Below are positions 62,310-64,000 of a stretch of DNA of 64,000 bases, in pieces (positions within the stretch are counted from its first letter, which is position 1; the number at the start of each line of letters is the position of its first letter). The position numbers and the translations under genes are program-made. Origin of the DNA: Vitrella brassicaformis CCMP3155 (Eukaryota > Protista > Chromerida); the NCBI GenBank assembly GCA_001179505.1, contig CDMY01000405.1, positions 310,001 to 374,000 of the forward strand. Direction: 5' to 3'. The notes beneath the pieces were generated by a model that saw only the letters and a list, made by a program, of their open reading frames with translations, did no database searches and was not told where the DNA came from.

Positions 62310-64000
62310 TCATGGGTACACCGAGTTGGAGACGCCCGAGACCTCCACGCCGTTGCGCACGCCCACGAAGTACACACAGTGGTATTGAACCTGATGGATC
62401 AATGGAGGACAGATGGAGCATCACATCAACACACACGCGACGGCAACAGACACCCAATGGCGGGGTGACGGGTGTGTGTGCCAGGCGTCGTATCGTACCT
62501 GCATCATGGATTTCTGGTTGGTGGTGTAGTAGGCGTCCCGCCGCTCCTCCTTGCGAATCTCAAAATACCGCTCAATCACTGTTTAAACCACACACACCAC
62601 ACACAGCAATGAATGCGCCGACCAACCCGAGACATCCACACACACACACACATACCGGGTCTAATTTCCTCCCAGCTGAGTTCGACGGAGACCTCGTGCG
62701 GCATCTCGGCAAAATGATAGAGCAATGGTCCGAGGTTGGCCCACACGCCGCCCTCCCTGATGGCGTTGGCGATGGTCTTGATGTACAGCAGGATGTTCTT
62801 GGCCGTGTCGATGAAGAAACACGTCAAGATGCTGTCCCACTGAGCCTTCTGAGGACTGTACACCTGCACACACACACACACACACATGCATTCTGCTGTC
62901 TGTCCTGTGTGTGTGTGTGTGCGGATGGATGGACGGAAGGGTGGGTGTGTGGATGGATGGCTGGGTGGCTGGGGGGTGGTTGGGGGCGGTGTGGTGTGCT
63001 GTGCTGACCTCGACGAACTCTCCAGCGCACATTGAGAAGTCCTGTCCCGCCTGGATGTAGTGCGAGGGGTACAGGTCGGGCACCAGTATCATCCGCAGAT
63101 GGTCGTCATGACCAAACCTGATCCATCAAATTGATTGGGAGGGAGGGAGAGTACAACACAACACACGACACACACGCTCAGATGAGAGAGAGGTGTGTCG
63201 TGTCGCTACCCGCCTGGCTTGGCTTGCATCATTCGTTCATGCCACACACCTACGCTACGTACCTGTTGCAGGTGGACAGGCAGTAGGGCTGAATGGCGCA
63301 CGACCGGGGCGCCACGCTGTAGTTGAGGATGAAATTCGATCCTATCACACACATACACAGACAGACAGACAGACAGACAGAGATAGATAGATAGACAACC
63401 GGAACAATTGTCTCTGTCTCTGTGTGGTGTGTGTGGGCGGCTACCGACCGAGCAGCATGAAGTACGAGAACTCGTTGCCCTGGCAGGCATACCCCTTGCG
63501 GATCACCTCGAAGGGCAACCGACCCAAACCAGACCCGGGACACAACACCCTACACACACAACACACACCACACCACACCACACCACACAATGGGCAGGCC
63601 GTCGTCTTTGTCTCCCGCCGTCCGTTTCTCGTGTGCCGCCAAGACCTGGGTGCTTTGCCGTGTTTGGCCACGAACTCCTGCAGTGGTAGGAATTCGTCCA
63701 GTGCGTCCAGCAGCGGGCCGTAGGCGGCGTCGCGTTCAGCCTTGCCCTCGTCGCTCCAGTCGCGCACAAACTGACGCAGAGTACTCCGCACCTGATTGAG
63801 CGACCGACCCGACCACACACATACATACAAACCACACAGATCAACAAGCGTGCACCGACCCACCACACGACCCACCTTGGTCATGTTCCTGGCCATGACG
63901 AGTGGCGACGGCCTCGGCCGCACACTGCGGTCCAGCCGGTCGAGCGGCGACACGTGCTGGCCATGGCCGTCCTGGGGCGGGCAGCACTCACACGCCTCGC
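62310..64000 (-). CDS. CARNMT1: Carnosine N-methyltransferase (N2227/CARNMT1-like), 5' end outside the window
   Basis: KVRSTLRQFVRDWSDEGKAERDAAYGP, VLCPGSGLGRLPFE, GYACQGNEFSYFML, FSMCAGEFVEVY, WDSILTCFFIDTAKNI, GGVWANLGPLLYHF, ELSWEEI, YYTTNQKSMMQ; stop at 62310-62312. Confidence 0.92.

Noticed and set aside
1-64000. Transposase, reverse transcriptase, integrase, rRNA or CRISPR-cas genes
   Set aside because: No DDE, YxDD, tyrosine-recombinase, rRNA or Cas signatures recognised; the SF1 helicase and ligase are host genes with introns.

Overview
Gene-dense, intron-rich, GC-rich eukaryotic nuclear DNA. Introns are short (about 55-190 nt) and filled with (GT)n/(TCTG)n/(GTGGT)n microsatellites. 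This style, the cilium gene and the bipartite plastid-type leaders point to a chromerid alveolate such as Vitrella brassicaformis (inference). I hand-spliced about 21 protein genes and found one tRNA-Pro(AGG). In order: Tudor/Agenet-like protein, small unknown protein, divergent SF1/BBP, HSD17B7/ERG27-type 3-ketosteroid reductase, GT32, TMEM231, TPR-like+MYND protein, tRNA-Pro, ZIFL-like MFS transporter, CREG-like protein, secreted coiled-coil protein, secreted clostripain (C11) peptidase with novel Cys-rich repeats, two convergent IolG-type inositol dehydrogenases, a secreted unknown, then a membrane-anchored SAM methyltransferase, GT61 and GT17 in a row. After these come a complete Trl1-type RNA ligase-kinase-2H phosphodiesterase and a Upf1-like helicase with a SAP domain, both with signal+transit-like leaders, then an unknown gene and a partial carnosine N-methyltransferase. 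Best candidates for an undescribed system: (1) the adjacent, apparently plastid-targeted RNA heal-and-seal enzyme and SF1 helicase; (2) the methyltransferase/GT61/GT17 glycan module next to the inositol dehydrogenase pair. Several genes carry 1-2 nt frame disruptions at short homopolymers, most likely assembly errors. No CRISPR array or transposon was recognised.
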